34,798 nt of DNA from Chrysochromulina tobinii (taxonomy: Eukaryota): positions 1 through 34,798 of the forward strand of contig JWZX01002892.1 of NCBI GenBank assembly GCA_001275005.1, in the 5' to 3' direction. Below the pieces are notes generated by a model, which was given only the letters and a program-made list of their open reading frames with translations, searched no databases and was not told the origin of the DNA. Positions 9,495 to 20,305 of this stretch are shown here, in pieces. The translations under genes were made by a program, and so were the position numbers. The first letter of the stretch is position 1. Each line of letters opens with the position of its first letter.

Positions 9495-12195
9495 ATGTTT
9501 GCTGCCCTCCTTTTTCCGACGCTTCTCGTCGCGCTGCTGGTGCTCCCAAGCCCCGTGGCATATAGAGGGCTCCACTTTCTGGGCTGCAGGATCCACCACG
9601 ATTGCCAGCAGACCTACTTGGTGCGCGTCGATGGCGAAGGCACGCCGCGCGAGCTGCGCCACGTCGGCAACGGCAAGTGGCTCTTGGACCGGGATCCTGC
9701 GCCAGTGGCGATCGAGCTGGGTCAGCCGGGCGATGTTTTCGAGCACGCTTCCATGCAGGGAGTCGAGGCAGCCGACAACGACCGTGACGATGCCGCCGCG
9801 CGCGCGGTGCGCGTTCGACGAGCGGCACCGCACTGGCCAGAGAGCTATGTGCGCTCGCTGGCATCGTGCGGCATTAGCGGGCAGGGCATGATCGCCTTCG
9901 ACGCCGACTTTTTCTTGTCGCAGCTCACGTCGACAGCGATGGACCATCCGCTCCTCTTCCCGCACGCCGCGGCCAAGCTCGAGCTCAACGGCCTGCGGCG
10001 ATGTGAGGAGCTGATGGCGGCAGCGGCCGTGACCCTCCGATGCGGCCGTGCCGACGTTTCGTCAAACGCCTTCGCGGAGGTGGTGCAGCGTGCCCAGCGG
10101 GCTCAGCGCTCGGTTGCGGCGATGGCCGCGATGGCACGCGACGGCGTCGGCGTGGCCGCACAAGCAAGCGACGGCGTCGACCCGACTTTGCCCTTGTGGG
10201 ACGGTGGTGGGCGCCTGATCGGCGAGTATGTCGACTGCCACTGATGGCCACTGATGGCCGCTGATGATGACCGCTGATGATGACCACTCTTGATGACCGC
10301 CGATGATGGCTGCTCATGATTCCCACTATTGAGCCGCATGATTCCCACTAACGAGCGCTGACGACTACGAGCGCGCCCCTCATCAGGCACCTGCCCAAGC
10401 TCCTGGATTGCGTCTTGATTGCATCTGATTGCACCGGATTGCACCCTCATCAGGTACCCCGACGGCGAGCTCGCACAGGTGGGCACACGGACGTGCACGA
10501 CATGAGTGCGACTCTTGCGACTCTGATGGACACTGATGACACCACTGATGACGACACTGATGGCGACAGGTGGGCACGGACGTGTTCGACGGCTGCGCGC
10601 TCGCAATTGGCCAAGGGCTGCTACGCACGAGCTTCGACCCGTCGGAGCCACTTGGGATCAGTTTCGGACCGTTGGCACGGCTCGAGGGGCGAGGGTGCGA
10701 GGTGCTCGAGGTCGAGCCGGGCGGCGCTGCCGAGCGGCTGGGCGTGCGCGAGTCGATGGTGATTGCGCTGATTGCGCGCACCACTGCTTGTGCCACTGAC
10801 GGCCTCTTTAATGGCGTCGCTGATGGTGTCCGATTGCCTCCCTCATCACCGACGGCCTTTTTAATGGCGTCACTGATGGTGTCCGATTGCCACCCTCATC
10901 ACTCATCGGATGGCCTCCCTCATCGCTCATCGGATTGCCTCCCTCATCAGGTGCTCCTCATCCTGATGACCTCGGATTGCCCCCCTCATCAGGTGCTCCT
11001 GCGCATGGAGCGTCCCGATCTGCTCGGTCTGAGCGATCTCCTGTTCGAGGACGTGATGGCCCGGATCGACGAGCGGCGGTCGGGCCAGCTCGGAGCGCCG
11101 TCCCGGGCACTCGACGAGCGGCGGTCGGGCCAGCTCGGAGCGCCGTCCCGGGCACTCGACGAGCGGCGGTCGGGCCAGCTCGGAGCGCCGTCCCGGGCAC
11201 CCCCTTCTGACAGCGGAGAGCTCGTGCTCGGAGCGCCGTCCCGGGCACCCCCTTCTGACAGTGGAGAGCTCGTGCTCGGAGCGCCGTCCCGGGCACCCCC
11301 CTCTGACAGCGGAGAGCTCGTGCTCGTGTTTGAGACAGCGGCGCCAGTGAGCCATCTGTATGCCGTCGAGCTTCCCGCCGTGCCCGCGCTCGCCGCCTTC
11401 GCTGCGAGCGAGGGACGGGCGACCGAATGGGTCGCGGCCGATGCCGATGCGAGCGGCGCGGTGCATCGGGCGCTGTCTCGGGCGCGTGAGGTTTCGTCCG
11501 CGCTGACCGGACTTGCCAATTATGGAAGTGGTGCGGTGCTGTGGAAGGAAGAGGAGACCAAAGCTTTCATTGGAGAGGCGAGCTCGATGACGTGCGCGCA
11601 CGTGGACATCGCGCCGCAGCTCGAGATAGCTCATGGGCTCGCTGGGCTGAAAGTGGTTGGAGTGGGCTCACACGGAGAGACGTTACGGCTGCTAAGCGAG
11701 CACGCGGGCGCATGCATGGAGGAGGAGGAGGAGGAGGAGGAGGAGGAGGGGCTGGCGACATGCGTCCCAACTGACAGACCTCTCAAGACGCATGAGGCGG
11801 CCTTGCTAGGTGACCCGGCCGTGACACTGTGCTGCCTTCATCCGGGTGATGCGCTCGTCTTCTCATCCGCCGTACGCTGACGAACCATGATTACCACTGA
11901 CTGATGGCCACTGATGACCCATGATTGCCTCTGAGTGCGACCGAGCGCCGCTGATCGCCCCCGTCATCAGGCGCTCCACTTTGCCACCAACGGCGCCGAG
12001 GGCATGCAGGCCGCCCTCTATCACGGCCTCGTCTCTAGCGCCTCTCTGCCCCGCTTGGAGGAGGCAGCCGTGCGCAGGCAGGCGGGCGGCGGCCCGTATG
12101 CGGGCGAGGATGGAGGCGCATTTGGAGGCGGGGTGCTCAGTGCGGTCGACGTGCTCCTCGAGGCCCAGCTTGCCCAGCGGGCTCTCGGCCTGTAA
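9495..12195 (+). CDS. Signal-peptide/anchor protein with PDZ-like and JmjC (2OG-Fe(II) oxygenase) domains; exons 9495-10225, 10454-10478, 10570-10758, 10993-11871, 11971-12195
   Basis: Four GT-AG introns join the frames. PDZ-like PLGISF..EVLEVEPGGAAERLGVRESM|VLLRM. JmjC metal triad TCAHVD..LAGLKVV..LHPGDALVFSSA|ALHFATN. Hydrophobic N-terminus. Confidence 0.75.
11066..11325 (+). repeat. Coding tandem repeats: 3 x 45 bp then 3 x 48 bp sharing CTCGGAGCGCCGTCCCGGGCAC
   Basis: DERRSGQLGAPSRAL x3 followed by PPSDSGELVLGAPSRA x3. Confidence 0.9.
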
Positions 12196-12997
12196 ACTAG
12201 ACACGTGCCCTAGATATGCGCCCCACTGGTCTTCTTGGGTGGCTCGGTGCTCGCGGACATCAATCATCATGAAGGACAAGGAGGCCTTCTGGATGACGGA
12301 AAGGCCGAGTATGATAGTCGAGTATTTCGATCGAGTATGAAAGGCCGAGAAAGGCGTCTCCGAGGTGCTCAAGACGAGCTAGCCTATACTGAGGAGGCAC
12401 AGGGCTGCAGGGGGTACGCGGCAGACCGCGCGACATAGTTTTCAGTGTGGGTGCTGACTGCTGACATGTTTTCGCAAAGCGAGAGCCCGGCCGAGAGGGA
12501 GGACCAGTAAGCAGTGTCGCTGCGTCTCCGGACGACTGCGCCGCGCACTGGGCACGATCCTACAGATGTGCCAGGAAATCGTGATTATTAGAACCGCGCA
12601 TGTAGAACCGACCGTTTACTTGGTCTTGGATGTCTTGTGATTGGAGCTACCGTTTCATCCGCGTTTGGGTTTGGGTACGGTCTCGAGCGGATGTCGAACC
12701 GACCCCCTAACAACGACCCCGCCCGCGGCGCCCGCTGCGGGGGCGCTGGCGTGTATTTTACGTTCCATGCCTACTGAGACGTTGGGTAAGAGGCTGACTA
12801 CCCATGCGCCAAATCTCCGAATGGGGTCTGAGACCCCAATCGCAATGTCGAATGCCTCCTGCCACAGACCCTGATGGCCCGGACGCCCTCAATCCCATGC
12901 TCGTTGCTCTTTCACGCTCCAACATTTTTGCACACACTCGAGCCAATGGTCATGAGCGCATTCAGATCGTCATTGTCCATGCGCACACAGTTGTTCC

Positions 12998-15322
12998 TCA
13001 GAAAAGCAGCTCAAATCCAGCCTTTCCTAGCAGTGCCTCACGGATCAAGGCCTTCCCTTCCTCTCCAATGAAGTTGCTCGACAGCCTGTATAGGGATGCA
13101 GACAGGAAGGTTGTTCACACAGGAGGTATCCTTCCGTGGCCATCAGCTAGGCACGTGGTTCTTACAAATCAAAGTTTGGGAATTGGGCGACAAACTTACT
13201 CGATTTTTGTCAGCGAGCAGTTGACGCCAAGAGCTGCGGCGAGCTCCTTGATGCCTGTCATGTCCGTGCCCGAATGGGTGAGATAATTATTGGACATGTT
13301 GATGCTCGTCAGCCCGCCTGTGACGCTCGTGCGGAGCGCCTCGGCGATCAGCTTGACACCAACAGGGCCGATGTTCTCGGAGGACGCGTCCATAGACATG
13401 ATCTTGCTGTCCTTATTGCCGCAGATGGCGGCAAAGATGGCACCCCAGCCCTTGTCCCCGAGCTTGTTGCCCCTGAACTCGACGGACGTCAGCGCGCTGT
13501 TGACGCCAAGCATCTTGGCCACGTGCTTGGCACCTGCTGTGCAACCAATGTTGATATTTCCGTATGTACCGCCGCTGATGTCAAGCTCCTTGAGCGTCTT
13601 GTTCTGTTCAAGTGCCTCACAGATGGCCTTGGTGCCCTCCTCCCCCAACTTGTTTTTGGCGAGTGATATTTTGGTCAGCCCGCCATTAACACGCAGGGCG
13701 TCGGCAATTGCAGTGATGCCCTCTGCGGTGTAGGTGCCATATTGGTCGCCATCGTCGTCAGTCCAGATGCCACACAGCTGGCTTCTGGAGAGGTCGATGC
13801 TTGTCAGCCCGCCATTAACGCGAAGCGCATCAGCGATGGCGTTGATGCCCTCCGAAGTGTAGTCGCCATGCTGCCTGCCATTATCGTCGTCCCAGACACC
13901 ACAGAGACAATTGCCTGAGAGATTCAACTGCCAAAAAGATGCACAGGACCACTGGGTCAGGAGAAGAGAAGCCAGGAGGCTGTGGGCTGACAAGCCTCCC
14001 ATACCTCCGTCAAGGCGCCCATGACGGGTATGAGACCCGCCACAACCATGACTCCCTCGACTCCGAAGTCCTTCCCATTCAGGTCCAGCTCCGTGAACGA
14101 GTCGGCGCGCATCTCCTTGATCGGGATCTCGTTGAACATCTCGATCTTGAGGTTGCCGAGGACTGCCGCTGAGAGCTGCGCAGCGCCGTCGCCCGAGATG
14201 CTGTTACGGCGGATGTCGACGCGTGTTAGCGCGCCCATGACAGGCACGAGGTACGCAAGAAGCATGCCACCCTCGACGCTGATATTTCTCTCTTGCAGGT
14301 TGAGCTCAGAGACGGAGTCGTCGCGCATCATCTGCACCGGTATGCCGCGAATCTCGCCAGAGCCGGCGCAGGCGACAGCTGCAAGCAGTAGCTCGAGCGG
14401 CGGCTCGCCCTCTCCCTCAATGCAGCTGAGGAGAGCGGTTTTGGCAGGGCCTCCAAGGAGGCAGGGCCTCTCGTCCTCGTCCTCGTCCTCGTCCTCATCC
14501 CTCTCGTCCAGATCCACCGCGCGGACCGCGGCCACACTCACCTCGAAGCCCTCCCAACGCAGTCGGGCCAGGCTGGGCAGCATCCTCCCTGCCGCCGCCG
14601 CCTCCCATAGCCGGCCCGCGTCGACGAGGACCTTGATGTTGAGATCGGTGATCTCAGCCAGCTGAGTCGGCGCGGGCAGACCCTCACAGCGGCTGAGGCG
14701 GGAGCAGAGCACTCGCCGCGCGAGCGCCAACCACGATTGGCTCACGCCCTTGAGCTCGGCCAGCGTGCCCACGTCGACCATGCCCAGCGCCACCTCCTTG
14801 GCATCTTCTGTGGCTGCCATCCCCGACAGCGAGGGCTGCGGCTGCAGCGCGGGCGGCCCCGCCGCAGAGCCCACCGTGGCTACTGAAAGCTGCCCCCCCC
14901 GGCGAGAACGCCGGCTCTGCGAGTGCCGCCACACGATTCTCCGCACTGTCAAAGTCATCTGTTGCGCCGAGCAGCTCTCTCAGCTCATCGGCACATTTGC
15001 CGTTGAGGCGCGAGGCGAGGGCGCGCTGCGCGTGATTGAGCGCCCCGGGGGCGTCGAGGAAGCCGGCGCCCTCGACGAGCCTGAAGAGCTCCGAGATCGA
15101 GCACTGCTCGAGCCTCGCCGGCATGGAGTCGGCCTCGCACATCTCCCGGAGCACTGCCAGCTCTGCCGCAGCAATCATCGGCACCGGGTAGACGCCATCT
15201 TCCGTTGGAGCGTCGTCCATCATGTCTTTGAGCGTGCCTGCTCGCTGGGCCGCCCGGCGCGTCCACTCGACAGCCTCGCCCTCGCGCGCCCGCAAGCGCA
15301 CGCGCTCCTGGCCGTCAGTCAT
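12998..15322 (-). CDS. Skp1-like + F-box-like + RI/NLRC3-type LRR protein; apparent 1-nt frameshift at 14893-14900; exons 15322-14005, 13927-13200, 13085-12998
   Basis: Skp1-like N-terminus (AGTLKDMMDD..ELFRLVEGAGFLD..LASRLNGKCADELRELLGATDDF). F-box-like segment LAELKGVSQSWLALAR. Many LTxLDLxxNxIGxEG..IADALRVN LRRs. Introns 14004-13928 (GTATGG..GGCAG) and 13199-13086 (GTAAGT..TACAG). Removing one base of the C8 run joins the two long ORFs. Confidence 0.8.
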
Positions 15323-15832
15323 TTTGATAGCGATCAGCGTAGGACCACCGAAGCAGAAGCTGGGATTGCGACGGGAGCAAAGCGCCCGCCGTCGCGTCGT
15401 CGGGCGTCGAATGGGTACTATGGTCTAGATACATGTACCGGTAGGAACCTGTGTCAGCGAACCGACCCCCCAAAGATTAACGTAAACCGACCGAACACCG
15501 TACACGCTTCGTATGCCTGGGGGGTTCGCCACGTGTACGCTGCCAGTACGTACCTTATACTTTCTAACAACGTAAACGCTAAACCGACCGGGAACCCACA
15601 TCCCGGCATCCGAACCGACGCCGAACCCCTTAACACTCTATCCGATGCACCTCTGCTGACCCCCAAACGCTGCCTCTCCGCTGGCGCGAAGTCCGTCTTC
15701 GCGACATATGCTCACTACGGCGCCCTCGCCCAGCGCGGCGGGCGCGGCGGAGTGGCTGTGGGAGTACCCCGAGCGACCCAGCGAGCACATCCGCGCACCC
15801 TCCCAGCCCGCGCCGCCAAGCAGCGAATCACG

Positions 15833-17011
15833 TCACCTTGCGCCACACTCCGCGGGCGTGCCGCGATACAAGTTCTCGGACGTGCGTGTGGTCGCGAGAT
15901 CGATGGTGGCCCCTCGGGCCCGGCCCGCCTGCAGTCGTGCCACCTCCTCATCCGCAAAGCGGAAGTCGAGGGTGCGCTGGTGCGTGTAGATGCCCGCGTC
16001 CTGGACGGGCATCACCCACGCGTCCTCGTCGCCCTCGTTGTGATGGGAGTGCCACCAGCCGGGCGGCGTCACGAACACGCCGCCCGTCTCCCACTTGGCC
16101 ATCATCGGGTTCACGAGAGCACCTTCCCCATCCAACTCACGAGACATGCGCGTGTAGACGGGCGCGCCCTCGGCGGCGTACACCGCGAGGTCCAGGGCGA
16201 CCGAGTTGTGCTTGTGTGGCTTCTGGTTCATCTTGGGGCCGATCGTGTTGAGCAGGGACCAGAGCGTCGGCGTGAGCGTGCGCGTCTGCGACGTGGCCGA
16301 GTTACCGAGCAAGATGCCGCGGCGGTTCTTCACCTCGCCGTCGGCATCGGTGTTGCTCAAAGACTGGACGGTGGCCTTCATGGCCACGGACGTGTAGAAG
16401 GCGGGATCGAAGCGGCGGCGCGAGCTGGGCTCCACGCCGAGATACTGAAGCAACGGCTCGTCGTGCACCCAGTACAACGCGCACCCGCCGTACTCGGGCT
16501 CCGCCGCACACGTGTGCACCACGCACTGCGCGCCGGCGGCAGATGTGGTGCACACTGGCTCGACGTCATCGCCGAAATAAGGGAGGACGAACATGTCGCC
16601 TGCCGCCCACTCGACGGTGCCATTCCGCGTCAGCGAAGAGCCCCTGCCACGGATCACGTAGAATGTCTGCGAGGTCGCTGCGAAAGCCACCCCGGTTTCG
16701 AGCGTCTCGTTCTCGAGCACGCGGACAAAGTTGGCGAGCAGGTTGGGCGATGTCGCGGGATAGTCAACTTCCAGCTCACTCGAGAGATCGAATGGCATGA
16801 TCGCAGAAGGCCCGCGTTGGTGCATTGAAGGAGGGTAGACCCGCACTGGCACCTCCGTCATGGTCGGATTCGCGTTGGACACGTACTCGTAAATGCGGAC
16901 CGACCGATCCCAGCTGGCGCCCGCGTAGTCGGTGTGCACCTGGGAGCACACCGGCAGCTCCAACGCGGCTCCCACTGCGAGCGGCGCGGCAATTGAAAGA
17001 AACGCTCGCAT
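15833..17011 (-). CDS. Bicupin protein (gentisate 1,2-dioxygenase-like fold) with signal peptide
   Basis: Cupin motifs FYVIRGRG..WAAGDMFVLP and QKPHKHNS..W..GGVFVTPPGWWHSHHN. N-terminal MRAFLSIAAPLAVGAA; intronless. Confidence 0.88.
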   Translation of the reverse strand: MRAFLSIAAPLAVGAALELPVCSQVHTDYAGASWDRSVRIYEYVSNANPTMTEVPVRVYPPSMHQRGPSAIMPFDLSSELEVDYPATSPNLLANFVRVLENETLETGVAFAATSQTFYVIRGRGSSLTRNGTVEWAAGDMFVLPYFGDDVEPVCTTSAAGAQCVVHTCAAEPEYGGCALYWVHDEPLLQYLGVEPSSRRRFDPAFYTSVAMKATVQSLSNTDADGEVKNRRGILLGNSATSQTRTLTPTLWSLLNTIGPKMNQKPHKHNSVALDLAVYAAEGAPVYTRMSRELDGEGALVNPMMAKWETGGVFVTPPGWWHSHHNEGDEDAWVMPVQDAGIYTHQRTLDFRFADEEVARLQAGRARGATIDLATTRTSENLYRGTPAECGAR

Positions 17012-17211
17012 CCCGAAAGATGCGTTCGCTTTCCGAAATGGCTCGGAACTGGCTCGGTCGGAAAGCGAACGGCGTCACCACGCGTGACTTCCACAGGAAT
17101 CTTCAGTTGTCAGCCGCAACGCCCGATGTTCGTGGCCGACGGAACTTTGCGACGTCGACTTTGGTGGAAGAATTCGTCGATGCGCGTTGTCGCGGTACTA
17201 TTGTATCAACG

Positions 17212-17673
17212 ATGTTGTGTGCAGGAGCGCTCCCGATGGTCGGCGTGGCGGTGTCGGTCTGGCTCGACAGCAGCTGGCTGAGTGGAGTCGTCGTCGAGTC
17301 GAAGCCCGACGCGGGCGAGTTCCGCGTCGACTTTGACGACGAGGCGGAGGGCGAGGCGTGGGTGAGCGCGAGCCAGCAGTGGCAGCGTCTCGGGCCCGCG
17401 TTGGAGGTGCCAGAGCCCACGCCGACGGAGCCTGTGCTCAGTCAACGGAAGCCTCCGCCTGCGGAGAAGGAGCCCCAGAGCGCTGACGCACCACCCTCAA
17501 ATGATGAGGTCTCAGCCGATGACGAGGACCAACTCGGCCGCGTGGTGCTACAGGAGTTTGCGCAGCTGGTCCACGCGGCCATGCAGGCGGATGGCTTTGG
17601 GCCGGAGCCACTATTTGAGACGCGAGCGCGATTTCAGAGGCTGCATGATGCCGTGGTCACCGGTGTTGGGTAG
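17212..17673 (+). CDS. Small Tudor-like domain protein
   Basis: VGVAVSVWLDSSWLSGVV..FRVDFDD..EAWV fits the Tudor/agenet pattern. Confidence 0.6.
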   Translation: MLCAGALPMVGVAVSVWLDSSWLSGVVVESKPDAGEFRVDFDDEAEGEAWVSASQQWQRLGPALEVPEPTPTEPVLSQRKPPPAEKEPQSADAPPSNDEVSADDEDQLGRVVLQEFAQLVHAAMQADGFGPEPLFETRARFQRLHDAVVTGVG

Positions 17674-17798
17674 TGTCCGATGAGTGTGTTTCAAACGAGA
17701 CAACCATGCAAGGTGACCACCCGTGCCTGAGCCACACAAGTTGCACATGCGAACGCGGAGCGAGAGACACTGTGCGCCGCGCGAGAGAGGATGAGAGT

Positions 17799-19867
17799 TC
17801 AGTCTTCCTCCGCACGAGCGGCGGCCTGGCCTGCGGCAACGAAGGCGAGTGCGCTGAGCGTGTACAGCACGCCCACCGTTGGGGCTAGCAGCTGCGGCAG
17901 CTCGTAACCTCCCGATTGCACGGCGAGCCCGATAGCGTACGGCGCAAAGTTGCCAACGAGCGTCAGGCACGAGAAGACGCCGGTGGTGAGGCCCTGCGTG
18001 CCAGCAGGTGCGGCGGCCTGGAGTGCCGTGATGGTGGGGCCGAACCAGCACTCGGCGAGCAGATACCTGATGAGGGAGGCAATCAAAGGGCATCAGGGGC
18101 ACGCAGAGGCCATCAGAGGTGTTATCATAGGTGTTATCAGAGGTGTTATCAGAGGTGTTATCAGAGGTTTCATCAGTGGCAATCCGATCTCGCCAGAGGC
18201 TTCCGATCCACGCACTCTATGAAGAGGCTCCCAAGAGAAAGCTCGAGAGTCGGCGCGTCGAGTGCGCCGAGCCAAAACGGGATGGCCAGGAGAGAGCCTG
18301 CCGCAGGCACCCAGTAGGAGGCGCGGCGGTCGAGCACCTGTAGGACAGGGCGCCGTAGTGAGCACTTGCAAGCAGCGGGCACCCAGTACGAGGCGCGGCG
18401 GTCGCGCACCGAGAGCTTGTCAGCGAGAAACCCCCCTCCAGTCGCCGAGATCGAGCCAGCGACGCCGTTGACCGAGGCCTTGATGAGGGCGAACTCGGTG
18501 CCAATCTCGGCGGGGAAGCGCGCGCGGTAAAAGGGTACCACCCACACGCCGATGCTGCAGCCCGCCGAGTGACAAAGCACCCGATGAGAGGGGCCATCAG
18601 ACGCAATCAGACGCAATCAAATGATGGGGACGTTGACGAACCTGAAGCCCGCCAAGAATCGAAGGGCGCTCGCGAGCAGCAGTAGAGCGACCACGGGCTC
18701 TGCCAGGAGCCGCTTGAGGTCGACGACCACGCTCTTGCTAGCTGCAGGGCGGCTGAGCTCCGCCGTAGCTGGCTTAATGAGCTCGTCCATCTCGCCCTCG
18801 CCGCCGCTCTCGGCCGACCGAGCGCCGTCCTGAGCGCCCTCCGCCCAAGAGAAGGATGCCTCGCGCCCAGTGACCTCGGTGACGACGCTGGCACTGTTAC
18901 CGTTGCTAGCTGCCTTCAATGAGTTCAATGAGTCCAAGGGCTCTGGCTCTGACGAACCTGACGAACTTGACGAGTCCAACGGCTCTGGCTGGGACGATAC
19001 AGTCGCGAGAGGGAGGGTGCGCATGGGCGCTGCGCCGGGCGCCTTGTCGAGCGTCGGCGCCATCGGCGGCAGCGTCAGCTGCACGGCGGCCGCGCTGGCG
19101 AGACCCAGCACACCAACGATCACGCACAACTGGCGCCAGCCTAAGGAAGCATCGAGAAGCACGGACAGGGCCGCTAGCCCGCCACCAAAATATAGGCCGG
19201 AGGCATAGAGCCCGTTGACGGACGCGAGGCGCTCCGGCGGATAGAGCCGGCGCAGGATCGCGTACGCCGTCGGATTGGCAAACGCCTGCCCGACGCCCGA
19301 CACCATACGCGCCGCGAGGACCTCATTGAAGCTGCCCGCTGCGCCCGTCAAGACTGTCGCACCTGTCCACAGCACTGACGTGCTCGTCAGCAAGTTGCGC
19401 GTGTCGGTGCGGTCCACGAGGCCACCCGCCACGAGCGAGGTGAGCGAGAAGAGCGCGGCAAAGCCAATCGACGCCAGTATGCCGTACTGCGCCTCATTGA
19501 AGCCGAGATCGACATTCATGAACTGGAAGGCAGCGTCGGCCGAGGGAGTTGCCTTGAAGTCCACGGTGTAAAAGATGAGCTGGCGCGCCCATTGATTCGT
19601 AGTGAAGAGCAGCAGCAATATTAGCACCGCCGCACCGCCGGGCCCGGCCGCCTCTGGCGGCTTTTCGTCCCCGTCGCGGTCTGGACCCTGCGGCAGCTTT
19701 GCGCCCTGGCCTGTGGACGTGTCGATCGCCTGCATTTCGAGAGTCTGGCGCCGCCGCGTCATTGGCGAGCTCATCATGGGAACCGTGCTCGTGCGGAAAG
19801 CAGCTGCGGGCGCGAACGATGTCAGGCCAGCAGCGCCCACGACCGCGAGCAACGCAAAACAAGCCAT
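17799..19867 (-). CDS. MFS transporter (spinster-like), probably plastid-targeted; exons 19867-18642, 18554-18410, 18337-18216, 18066-17799
   Basis: MFS motif A GGLVDRTDTRNLL and GGFLADKL; multiple TM helices. Introns 18641-18555, 18409-18338 and 18215-18067 restore FLAGFSIGVW and LFIEYLLAECWFGP. N-terminal signal plus transit-like peptide. Confidence 0.88.
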
Positions 19868-20075
19868 GAACGTGAACACTGACTGGCTTCTTCATTATGA
19901 ATACACACAACACGTAAGCAGCACAGCCGTGAAAACAATACTATACAATACAGGCCAGGCCCCACATGAGACACATGCAGATGGCTTCTTCACGTTCATG
20001 GCAAGTAAATTTCAACAACCGAAACCCCGAGACGACAGATGCAGCAGGCGCACACAAACGTCTACTGTACGTCTG

Positions 20076-20241
20076 TACCCGGTACCGGTTCATAAACACC
20101 GGGGGGAGCCGGACAAACTCACGAAGCACAAAAACCGGTTCAAACCCCCCTCGGGTGAGCCGGACACGTGACACACGATAGACACACGAACCATAGAAAC
20201 AAACCGGTAAAAAGACACCGTGGGAGCCGGTACACCGGGTA
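20076..20241. mobile_element. Candidate MITE (~162 bp, imperfect TIRs, TA flanks)
   Basis: TA|CCCGGTACCGG ... CCGGTACACCGGG|TA in a divergent intergenic region; non-coding and CCGG-rich interior. Confidence 0.4.
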
Positions 20242-20305
20242 TGCGAGCTGCACGACGATCAAATGAAACGATCATCACAAACTTTGCGTTTCACGTTTGC
20301 GCACG

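Noticed and set aside
14750..16828. 692-aa plus-strand ORF
   Set aside because: Antisense shadow of the cupin and Skp1-LRR genes in GC-rich DNA; no recognisable domain.
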